Shown here in pieces: positions 18,001 to 23,396 of a stretch of 39,363 nucleotides of DNA. Location of the stretch: assembly GCA_017629895.1 (NCBI GenBank), contig JAGBWF010000100.1, forward strand, positions 1 to 39,363, written 5' to 3'. Position numbers and translations under genes: made by a program. Numbering within the stretch: position 1 is the stretch's first letter; each line of letters opens with the position of its first letter. The DNA comes from Clostridia bacterium. Lineage in GTDB: Bacteria > Bacillota > Clostridia > Oscillospirales > CAG-382. The notes beneath the pieces were generated by a model. The model had not been told where the DNA came from. It did not search any database and was given only the letters and a program-made list of their open reading frames with translations.

Positions 18001-18538
18001 TATCGGACTCACGGGATTGCGAGGGAGTCATCGGTCTGTCGGTGGGCTCGCTGTTCTGCGGCATGGGCGCGCCGTCGCTTCTCGGAACGATAGGTCTGTC
18101 CTCGGGAGAGGAATCGGTTTGCTGATTTTCCTTTAAGCAGCGTGAAAGCAAAAGCTTGAGCTTTGCGCTCGGCTTTGTAAGTATGCAATAAACGAGCACG
18201 GCGGGGGTGAGTGCGGTGAAGCCGTTTTCGTTGGAATATTGAATAGCATAGGATATGGAGTTGCGCATAAACACGTCCTCCATAAGCTCGTTTCTGTCGT
18301 TAAGGACGTCTTCGAGCATAACCTCTTTCAGCTTTTTGAGGTCGATATTGCTGTTGACAAGCGATTTTGCAACGTTGTCAAATTCTTCGGTATTGCGGAT
18401 TGTCAGACTGCCGTCGAGCACGCTGACAAGCGTAACGAAAAGTCGCTCGGCTGTAAAGGGAGGGCTCTTCTTTTCGCCTATCTTCTTCGAAAGCTCGATA
18501 AGCTCCTGCATCAACGGAGTGTTCTGAAGATCGGTCAT
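15053..18538 (-). CDS. soluble multi-domain AAA+ metalloprotease: Clp_N - Hsp100-D2-type AAA - unassigned insert - FtsH-type AAA - peptidase M41
   Basis: 1161 aa from ATG 18538 (SD AAAGGAG 8 nt upstream). Two Walker A boxes, GPPGVGKT (17744-17767) and GPPGTGKT (16208-16231). Walker B 'LLDEIE' and 'FIDEID'. Zinc motif HEAGH (15548-15562) followed by 'TTGASGDLENAT'. No hydrophobic TM helix in the trimmed protein. Confidence 0.85.
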   Translation of the reverse strand: MTDLQNTPLMQELIELSKKIGEKKSPPFTAERLFVTLVSVLDGSLTIRNTEEFDNVAKSLVNSNIDLKKLKEVMLEDVLNDRNELMEDVFMRNSISYAIQYSNENGFTALTPAVLVYCILTKPSAKLKLLLSRCLKENQQTDSSPEDRPIVPRSDGAPMPQNSEPTDRPMTPSQSRESDTEPVIQSGAAASSDGNTLPKSAIEKLTAEVKRIQEVLSSKILGQANAINVTTSGYFQSELLAMTATERTKPRGTFLFAGPPGVGKTLLAESFAKETKLPYKRFDMSEFADKEAHIRLIGSDPVYKDSKSGVLTEYIINNPRCVILLDEIEKAHSVVLFLLYQMLDAGTLVDANTSKVASFKDAYIIFTTNAGKQYYDDTENGDFSAVSRKVILKAIQKDINPATNEPYFPAALCSRFAQGNVVMFNHMFAYILHDIAKAQITKHCDVFGKKFGIKTEIDDSVYTAILFSEGGNADARTITGRAKSFFDNELYELLRLTSSKLTDTEIKDIEKISIGIALPENDEDICKLFRPKNTPELLLFSSKEVADKYTGKTDKCIFRHCENAEQAKACLKNHDIKAIIIDINYGKKHDADYLNIEDEASEARDFFYFAHENHNGTPIYFIETAERDFDREEIVSFMRKGVKGIVDGSDKNGVFAEEVESLCIKLHQQQSMNELARANKLVTYETAQKLTEGGKCAEISLFDFKLAVAVDPEDSDEILGNMSKPNVSFDDVIGAPEAQSELKYFVDYLKDPKKYLGTGVSAPKGVLLYGPPGTGKTLLAKAMASASNSTFINVEGNKLMSNGQGDGSEKIHKLFRTARKYAPTIIFIDEIDAIAKERTGYGGGSEAVLTALLTEMDGFKKDSARPVFVLAATNFDVTPGSPKSLDGALMRRFDRKLYIGLPGRADRKRYLQMKTSKNARFELSEETIDSIALRSVGMSLALLENVLELALRTTLIKGLDKVTDEIFEEAFESFNSGEKRQWDPADLERTARHEAGHAFLCYHGGETPSYLTIVARGNHGGYMQHGDHESKGTYTKKDLINRIRVSLAGRAAEIVYYGAEDGITTGASGDLENATRVAQAMICSYGMDDPFGLSVVGQDAALNGELSAEVRARVNALLSEEMKNVIAIITDNKAAIDALVERLMQNSYMTGDDIEKTLSQF
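15056..15595 (-). other. domain: peptidase M41 (FtsH-type zinc protease, residues ~982-1161)
   Basis: 'ERTARHEAGHAF' (HExxH), 'LAGRAAEIVYYG', 'ITTGASGDLENATRVAQAMICSYGM'. Confidence 0.8.
15623..16357 (-). other. domain: classical FtsH-type AAA module (residues ~728-972)
   Basis: 'GVLLYGPPGTGKTLLAKA', 'PTIIFIDEIDAIA', 'LLTEMDGF', 'VLAATN', 'ALMRRFDRKLYIGLP'. The Walker A to Walker B spacing is identical (47 aa, gapless) to E. coli FtsH. Confidence 0.8.
16595..16936 (-). other. domain: possible receiver-like (flavodoxin-fold) insert (residues ~535-648)
   Basis: The alternating beta/alpha pattern 'ELLLFSS...', 'IKAIIIDINYG', 'PIYFIETAE', 'KGVKGIVDG' resembles CheY-like beta1/beta3/beta4/beta5, but the beta1 acidic pair is absent. 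Pattern-level guess only. Confidence 0.3.
17045..17929 (-). other. domain: Hsp100/ClpB D2-type AAA+ module with D2-small-like tail (residues ~204-498)
   Basis: 'GTFLFAGPPGVGKTLLAESFA', 'DMSEFADKEAHIRLIGSDPVY...GVLTE', 'CVILLDEIEKAH', 'LYQMLDAGTLVD' and 'IIFTTNAG'. By eye this is near-colinear with E. coli ClpB D2 ('[28 protein letters not shown].LTE', 'ILLDEVEKAH', 'TSNLG'). Confidence 0.75.
18143..18538 (-). other. domain: double Clp_N-type repeat (protease residues ~1-132)
   Basis: Two about 60-aa repeats, each ending in the Clp_N-like pattern x-T-x-E/A-x-L-hydrophobic-hydrophobic-x-hydrophobic-L: 'FTAERLFVTLVSVL' and 'LTPAVLVYCILT'. Confidence 0.55.
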
Positions 18539-18574
18539 ATTATCGCTCCTTTGCATAAAATAACTATCCTCTTG

Positions 18575-18603
18575 ATTATACAACCAAAAAGCGCTTCTGT
18601 CAA
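18575..18603 (-). promoter_or_regulatory. sigma-A promoter of the AAA+ protease gene (perfect consensus)
   Basis: Minus strand reads TTGACA (18603-18598), 17 nt, TATAAT (18580-18575). The predicted leader is about 30 nt. Confidence 0.65.
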
Positions 18604-18617
18604 CAAATTTCGACCGC

Positions 18618-18646
18618 TTGACAACAAACCGAGTATGTTTTATAAT
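18618..18646 (+). promoter_or_regulatory. sigma-A promoter of the HAD hydrolase gene (perfect consensus)
   Basis: TTGACA (18618-18623), 17 nt, TATAAT (18641-18646). It is back-to-back with the protease promoter, with the two -35 boxes 14 bp apart. Confidence 0.65.
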
Positions 18647-18665
18647 AAAAACAGGGGTGATAAAA

Positions 18666-19286
18666 ATGATAAAGCAATACACAACTCTCATTCTTGATAT
18701 GTACGGCGTCATTCTTAACGAGCCAAAGGGCAGATTGCTCGATTACTCGCGCGATAATCTTTCGGCAGAGGAATACCGCCGTATCGAAGAGCTTATACGC
18801 AAGGAAAGTCTTTTCGACAAGGCGGGTGCAGGCGAAATAGATGCGCGTGAGTTTATGAATGTGCTCGGCTATTCCGATTGGGAATATCACTCCAAGCGTT
18901 ATATAGATAATTATCTTACTCTCGACAGCGGATTTATCGAATTTGCGGAAAAGGTAAAGGATAAATATACCCTCGTTCTGCTTTCGAACGATATTGCGGA
19001 GTGGAGCGAATATATATGTGGAAAATTCGGCTTGAACAAATATTTTGCTCATAAAACGGTAAGCGCTTCGGTGAAATGCCGCAAGCCCGAGCTTAAAATA
19101 TACGATCTTACTCTCGAGGCTATCGGAAAATCGCCTTACGAGTGCATTTTTGTGGATAACAACGTCAAAAACCTTCATTCCGCCGAGGAGGTCGGCATCG
19201 CGCCGATACTTTTCGACCGCGAAAACGAGCATTACGACGGTATGACGGTTTACAGCTTTAAGGAGCTTTTGGGTATAATCGGTTAA
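18666..19286 (+). CDS. HAD-superfamily hydrolase (subfamily IA-like)
   Basis: 206 aa from ATG 18666 (SD GGGGTGA). Motif I 'LILDMYGVI' (DxY variant), motif II 'LLSND', motif IV 'FVDNNVKN'. Confidence 0.75.
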   Translation: MIKQYTTLILDMYGVILNEPKGRLLDYSRDNLSAEEYRRIEELIRKESLFDKAGAGEIDAREFMNVLGYSDWEYHSKRYIDNYLTLDSGFIEFAEKVKDKYTLVLLSNDIAEWSEYICGKFGLNKYFAHKTVSASVKCRKPELKIYDLTLEAIGKSPYECIFVDNNVKNLHSAEEVGIAPILFDRENEHYDGMTVYSFKELLGIIG

Positions 19287-19302
19287 GCACCTTTAAAATC
19301 AA

Positions 19303-19344
19303 ATAAACAAGGCACGCTTCCTTATGAAGCGTGCCTCTTTTTTG
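19303..19344. terminator. bidirectional intrinsic terminator (HAD / SGNH genes)
   Basis: Perfect 11-bp stem AGGCACGCTTC (19310-19320) / GAAGCGTGCCT (19326-19336), followed by CTTTTTT downstream and with an A-rich run upstream. It sits between convergent stops. Confidence 0.8.
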
Positions 19345-19989
19345 TTAGAGTGTTTCCATCCAATTCGCGATGTAGGGGGTGAGGATGTCGTATCCCTTTG
19401 TGTTGGGGTGGACGGTATCGGGAAGACATTCGTTGGTGTGCGTTTTGAGCAGATATTTATTGAGGTTTTCGTCGAAATAAAGATCGAGATAGGGGATTTC
19501 CCATTTATCGCATATCTTTTTCGAAAGCGCGAAATATTCGCTCATATCGCTCATTCTGCCGAACGGTGCTATCGGCATTTGGAAGGTTACGATAAAGCCG
19601 AAAATCGAGCCTTTATAGTTTTCCTTCGCGTATTTAAAGGTCGCCTCCAAGCCGCCTGCGAAGCTGTTGGTGTCGAAGGGACCCTCGAAGCCATCGGAAA
19701 TCACGCCGACGGGAGCGCTGTCCCATGCGTCGTTTCCGCCGCCCTCGATAATGCAATAATCGTATTTATTGTCCTTTTCGGCGATAAGCTGATTGATAAC
19801 GATATTTTCACCGCGGCAGAGCGACATCGAAGCGCCGCCTTTACTGCGGTTAATACCTGTCATTCCCTTTTCTGCCATAATTCTGCCCGCCCAGCCGGCA
19901 GTAGCGCGACGGCTCGGGTCTTTAAGCTCGCAAGCCGCCTCGCAAAGCGAGTCGCCTACGAATATAACCGATTTACCTTGAAGCTTCAT
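19345..19989 (-). CDS. SGNH/GDSL-family hydrolase
   Basis: 214 aa. Block I 'VIFVGDSL', block III 'GGNDA', block V 'DTVHPN'. Confidence 0.75.
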   Translation of the reverse strand: MKLQGKSVIFVGDSLCEAACELKDPSRRATAGWAGRIMAEKGMTGINRSKGGASMSLCRGENIVINQLIAEKDNKYDYCIIEGGGNDAWDSAPVGVISDGFEGPFDTNSFAGGLEATFKYAKENYKGSIFGFIVTFQMPIAPFGRMSDMSEYFALSKKICDKWEIPYLDLYFDENLNKYLLKTHTNECLPDTVHPNTKGYDILTPYIANWMETL

Positions 19990-20084
19990 AATAATTCCTC
20001 TTCAGAACCAAGAATTCAGAAACGCCTTTAAGCATTTCCTTTGAGTCTATGGCAAAATTTGTATCGAAAAACGGTCTGTGTGTT

Positions 20085-20576
20085 CTATCTGTTGTGGATA
20101 AATCCGCTCATCAGATGCTTTTCCATATTGAGCGCGGCGGCAAGCTCGCCGTAGAGCAGGTCCTCTGCACGCTTGAGATAACGCTCGTCCACAGCCGAAA
20201 GCTTTTTCTTTTTATCCAAAAGCGCCTCGCGCTTTGCACGGATAGAAACCGAAAGCTTTATGAGCGCGGAGCAATCGTGCAGCTTGATGATTTTATCGTA
20301 CCTTTCGCATAGTGCGCGCGGGGAAGCGGGGGGACATTCTTCCGGCTCGACGGATTTATAACCGTCGATAAGAGATTTTGCCTCCTCGGCAGAGATAATC
20401 GGGCGCATAAAAACCGCCTCGTTATCTGCGGGGGTGAAGATCATACAGCTTTGATACAGGGGTTGGAGCTTGTAGCAGGGGCGTACTTCGCCCATAAACT
20501 CCTTTTCGACAATATCGTCAACACGGCAAACTCCGGTTTCACCGTAAACGATCAAATCGCCGATTGAGAATCTCAT
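20085..20576 (-). CDS. CarD/CdnL-family RNA-polymerase-binding regulator
   Basis: 163 aa from ATG 20576 (SD AAAGAGG). The N-terminal Tudor-like 'FSIGDLIVYGETGVCRVDDI...YKLQP' is typical of the CarD_CdnL_TRCF domain. Confidence 0.7.
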   Translation of the reverse strand: MRFSIGDLIVYGETGVCRVDDIVEKEFMGEVRPCYKLQPLYQSCMIFTPADNEAVFMRPIISAEEAKSLIDGYKSVEPEECPPASPRALCERYDKIIKLHDCSALIKLSVSIRAKREALLDKKKKLSAVDERYLKRAEDLLYGELAAALNMEKHLMSGFIHNR

Positions 20577-20692
20577 AATACTACCTCTTTGGAAGGGAAA
20601 ACGGCAAACGGACCAAAAACCCCGAATGCCGTGCGGGTGGGCTCTGTCTTGCAGAGACGCGGTAAAAAAGCACATTACTGCACTATATTAAC

Positions 20693-20721
20693 ATTATAAC
20701 ATAATGATTTCGTTTTTGCAA
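20693..20721 (-). promoter_or_regulatory. sigma-A promoter of the CarD-like gene
   Basis: Minus strand reads TTGCAA (20721-20716), 17 nt, TATAAT (20698-20693), preceded by TGt. This implies a leader of about 110 nt. Confidence 0.55.
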
Positions 20722-20743
20722 CCCTATTTGAGATTTTGCTTTA

Positions 20744-20784
20744 AAAAAATACAAAAAATTACGCCCGAGAACTACTCTCGGGCG
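20744..20784 (-). terminator. intrinsic terminator after the PstS-like gene
   Basis: Perfect 9-bp stem CGCCCGAGA (20762-20770) / TCTCGGGCG (20776-20784). On the minus strand it is followed by TAATTTTTTGTATTTTTTT. Confidence 0.75.
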
Positions 20785-20788
20785 CGGT

Positions 20789-21733
20789 TTATCGGGATAT
20801 CGGGGTGTAGCCGTTTTCGTCGATGATCCTTTGCCCCTCGGGCGAAAGGATAAAATCGACAAGGCGCTTGATATTTTCGTTTTCGTTGTCCTTGCGGTAT
20901 ACGGCGTAGAAGTTATATATTATCGGGTAGCTTCCGTTTGCGATATTTTCCTCGGTAGGAGCGATTCCCTCGACCGAAAGAAGCTTGATTCCGCTTTTGG
21001 CAACCATATTTTCGACGTAAAAACGGAAGGAAAAGCCGATCGCGCCGCCGAACACGCCGAGCGGATTTTTCTTTATTTCTCTGCCGCCCATAAAATTAAG
21101 CATAACCGTCTGGCTTCCGCTGCCTTCGGGGCGGTCGAGCGGATTTATCGGGCGGTTGGCTCCGCCGACAGTCTTCCAATTCGTGATTTCGCCCGCGTAT
21201 ACGTCCTTTATCTGATCGACGGTGAGGTTATCGACGGGGTTGCTTTCGTTCACGAAAAAGACGAATGCCTCGTAGCCTATGGGGACGTATACGAGCTCAA
21301 CGCCCTGATCTGCGGCATATTGCTTTTGCTGTGCGGAGGGCGCGGCACAAAGAATGACGTCGTTGGTGCCGTCAACTACACCCTTGTACGCCTTGATGGT
21401 ATCGGTGAAGCGTATTTTGCTGTTTTCCGTGTACGAGCCGTTTTGAAATTCAACCGCACTTTCGGGATAGACCGAATCGACTATCGCCGAATAAACGGGA
21501 AGGAGCGCCGCCGCTCCGTCGATTACCGGAATATCTCCGCTAAGCTCAAGCTCGGAATCGACAGCGGTGAATTGCGCGTTGTCATCAAAGGGAATATAAC
21601 GCTCGGGCTCGATATAGCGCGTTTCGAAATTGGCACCGCAACGCTGTGTGAAGAGAGCGTAAACACTGCCGTTGAAGCACAAAAATACCGCCGCGGTAAG
21701 TATGAGTATAAGTATCTGCCTTGATTTTTTCAT
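20789..21733 (-). CDS. PstS-family (PBP-like) phosphate-binding-type substrate-binding protein, orphan
   Basis: 314 aa, SD AAGGAG, N-terminal hydrophobic anchor. 'LTVDQIKDVYAGEITNWKTVGG' and 'RPEGSGSQ' match the PstS/PBP_like_2 pattern. No pstCAB genes are nearby. Confidence 0.7.
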   Translation of the reverse strand: MKKSRQILILILTAAVFLCFNGSVYALFTQRCGANFETRYIEPERYIPFDDNAQFTAVDSELELSGDIPVIDGAAALLPVYSAIVDSVYPESAVEFQNGSYTENSKIRFTDTIKAYKGVVDGTNDVILCAAPSAQQKQYAADQGVELVYVPIGYEAFVFFVNESNPVDNLTVDQIKDVYAGEITNWKTVGGANRPINPLDRPEGSGSQTVMLNFMGGREIKKNPLGVFGGAIGFSFRFYVENMVAKSGIKLLSVEGIAPTEENIANGSYPIIYNFYAVYRKDNENENIKRLVDFILSPEGQRIIDENGYTPISR

Positions 21734-21734
21734 A

Positions 21735-21875
21735 TCACCACAGCTCCTTCGAAACGAAATGGATTATCGAGGAGTTGCCGTATGCCAGAACTGCATATAT
21801 CGCGTGGGCAACCGTGAGCAAGGCTCCGAGAGCGATGATCGTATAGAGTATTGTTAAAAAGGTTTTATCTTTCAT
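21735..21875 (-). CDS. possible 46-aa single-TM micro-protein (not in ORF track)
   Basis: ATG 21875 lies 2 nt after the stop of the 73-aa gene, and its stop overlaps the PstS-like start region (TGATATG). Sequence 'MKDKTFLTILYTIIALGALLTVAHAIYAVLAYGNSSIIHFVSKELW'. It has no SD of its own and contains a rare TTA codon. Confidence 0.35.
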   Translation of the reverse strand: MKDKTFLTILYTIIALGALLTVAHAIYAVLAYGNSSIIHFVSKELW

Positions 21876-21877
21876 AA

Positions 21878-22099
21878 TCACATATTTCTGACAGCGCCTT
21901 CAAGCAGCGCGTATACAACGGCGGCAAACCCGAAAACCAACGTGAGAAATACCGCCGATGCGATAAGGCTGCCGCGCCACATTCTTCGGTCGTAGGGATA
22001 ATTTTTATGCTTTATAAACATAACGAGGCTTATAGTAAACCATACGGCAGGGGAAAGGCAGAGCAACAGTAAAAGTATCAAAAAAAGAATGGGAAGCAA
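21878..22099 (-). CDS. small two-TM membrane protein, paralogue 2
   Basis: The track's GTG start (22108) overlaps the SD AAGGAGGTG. The TTG 8 nt after GGAGG gives 73 aa, so the start is uncertain. It shares 'W-F-x-hydrophobic-S-L-x-x-F-I-K-x-K...W-x-G-x-L-I-A-S' with the upstream gene. Confidence 0.6.
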   Translation of the reverse strand: MLPILFLILLLLLCLSPAVWFTISLVMFIKHKNYPYDRRMWRGSLIASAVFLTLVFGFAAVVYALLEGAVRNM

Positions 22100-22120
22100 C
22101 GCAGGCACCTCCTTGATTTT

Positions 22121-22372
22121 TTACATATAAATCACGGCGTCCTGAGCGGCGTAGACGATAAGCGCGATAAAAAGGGCGAAAAGAATAATAACGCCGAGCA
22201 CTATCGACGAGGCAATAAGGTTGCCCGTCCACACCTTGCGCTCATTCGGACGGTATTTGAGCTTGATAAACGCGGTAAGGCTTACGGCGAACCAGGCAAT
22301 CGGTGCAAGCAAAAACGTAAGTCCGAGCAAGGTATAGAATGCATCGCGCGCGATCATCAAAAATTCTAACAC
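22121..22372 (-). CDS. small two-TM membrane protein, paralogue 1
   Basis: The track's GTG start (22381) overlaps the SD AAGGAGGTG. The GTG 8 nt after GGAGG gives 83 aa; an alternative ATG is at 22357. 'IAWFAVSLTAFIKLKYRPNERKVWTGNLIASS'. Confidence 0.6.
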   Translation of the reverse strand: MLEFLMIARDAFYTLLGLTFLLAPIAWFAVSLTAFIKLKYRPNERKVWTGNLIASSIVLGVIILFALFIALIVYAAQDAVIYM

Positions 22373-22444
22373 ATACAACACCTCCTTGGATTAAGTATAG
22401 CAGAGAAAAAACGAAAAGTCAAGGGCAAGGACTAACGTTTTAGT

Positions 22445-22479
22445 CAAAAACGGCTTTGCACCGAAAGAGCGCAAAGCCG
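22445..22479 (-). terminator. intrinsic terminator after the SGNH hydrolase gene
   Basis: Perfect 9-bp stem CGGCTTTGC (22451-22459) / GCAAAGCCG (22471-22479). On the minus strand it is followed by TTTTTGAC. Confidence 0.75.
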
Positions 22480-22485
22480 AAACGT

Positions 22486-23154
22486 TTATATAGCCGCGAG
22501 GACCTTTTTCTGAAAAATATCGCCGAGAACGGTGTGCCCCTCTGCACTCGGGTGCATGCCGTCTATGCCGAGAAGGTCGCCCATATTATTGCCGAAAACC
22601 GAGCGGAGATCAATGAGCTTGCAGTTTGCAAGACTTGCCACCTTTTCGGAAAGGCGGCTGTATTTTTCCTGCCAACGCGAAATTATATTAATATCGCCGA
22701 GCCAGCGCAAAACGTTGTTGTAATCGAGTCCGCGCGTAACCCAATTCATAAAGCGCTCGGAATCGATAGGCACGAGCGTGCAGATCGCAACCTCGGCACC
22801 CTTTTCGCGTGCATATTCGACAAGCTTTAAATAGGTTTCGGTAAAGCGCTCCTCGGGAGTGTTGGGCAAAAATTCGCCCTCGGGGTTGTTTGCGACCTCC
22901 GCCCAGTTAAAATTGCAATCGTTTCCGCCGTATTCAAGAATAACCACGGTATCCTTGTCGCAATCCTCGAGCGTGGCTTTCATAATTTCGAAGCCCTCGT
23001 CGATGGTTGCGCCCATTTTGCAGTTGTTCTCTACCTCGATACCGTTTTCCAAAAGCTTTTCATAGCGGTAGCCGAACAGCTTATAGCGCTTGAGCTCGTC
23101 GTTGTACATAACGCCCTTTAATATCGAATCGCCGTATATCTTGATTTTTTTCAT
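22486..23154 (-). CDS. SGNH/GDSL-family hydrolase
   Basis: 222 aa from ATG 23154. Block I 'KIYGDSILKG', block III 'YGGNDC', block V 'DGMHPS'. Confidence 0.75.
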   Translation of the reverse strand: MKKIKIYGDSILKGVMYNDELKRYKLFGYRYEKLLENGIEVENNCKMGATIDEGFEIMKATLEDCDKDTVVILEYGGNDCNFNWAEVANNPEGEFLPNTPEERFTETYLKLVEYAREKGAEVAICTLVPIDSERFMNWVTRGLDYNNVLRWLGDINIISRWQEKYSRLSEKVASLANCKLIDLRSVFGNNMGDLLGIDGMHPSAEGHTVLGDIFQKKVLAAI

Positions 23155-23298
23155 AAAACAGGAGTCCCTCCGAAAAATAGCTTTGCCTTGCCGAGCGGCA
23201 TATTTATAGTGCACCTTTTTTCGAGAAAAGTCCACCTACACGTGCGTGCGCGCGCTCTACCGTACGCGCGCGTTGGTGTAGAGAAAAAATTCTACCTC

Positions 23299-23331
23299 TC
23301 TACCGACGGTAGAAATTGCAGTGTTTGCAAT
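23299..23331 (+). promoter_or_regulatory. two adjacent palindromes (candidate operators) abutting the -35 of the XRE gene
   Basis: TCTACCG-A-CGGTAGA (23299-23313, perfect 7+7) and ATTGCA-gtgtt-TGCAAT (23315-23331). Further TCTACC copies lie at 23256-23261 and 23291-23296. Confidence 0.45.
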
Positions 23332-23342
23332 GCTTTTCGGGG

Positions 23343-23371
23343 TTGACAAGCGGAAAAAGCTGTGATAAAAT
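23343..23371 (+). promoter_or_regulatory. sigma-A promoter of the XRE-TM regulator gene
   Basis: TTGACA (23343-23348), 17 nt, TAAAAT (23366-23371). The SD AAAGGAGGG follows. Confidence 0.55.
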
Positions 23372-23396
23372 AAACATAAAAGGAGGGAAGAACGGA

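Noticed and set aside
15104-18136. A 1010-aa ORF on the plus strand, antisense to the AAA+ protease gene. Similar long antisense ORFs lie at 3743-5371, 45-881, 7069-7950, 24907-25944, 26244-27215, 32972-34057 and 36072-37217.
   Set aside because: All are in exact codon register with a well-supported gene on the other strand. They have no SD or promoter and give low-complexity Val/Ala/Gly/Arg-rich translations without family motifs. They are the mirror image of the absence of TTA/CTA/TCA sense codons, so they are shadow ORFs, not genes.
18539-18712. An N-terminal 58-codon extension of the protease ORF containing a hydrophobic stretch ('VVYCFIIFITPVFII') that could be read as an FtsH-like membrane anchor.
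   Set aside because: The extension runs through AT-rich intergenic DNA. It lies upstream of the gene's own perfect -35/-10 (18575-18603) and covers the divergent HAD promoter and start codon. It has no SD, whereas ATG 18538 has AAAGGAG at ideal spacing. I treat it as a longest-ORF artefact, although only transcription-start or N-terminal mapping can exclude it formally.
22106-22381. The GTG start codons given by the ORF track for the two small membrane proteins (22108 and 22381), and the GTG start for the CPBP protease (38552).
   Set aside because: In each case the GTG is part of, or within 2-3 nt of, the Shine-Dalgarno (AAGGAGGTG / GGAGATGTG), which is sterically implausible. The next in-frame start 8 nt after the SD was used instead. 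Exact starts remain uncertain.
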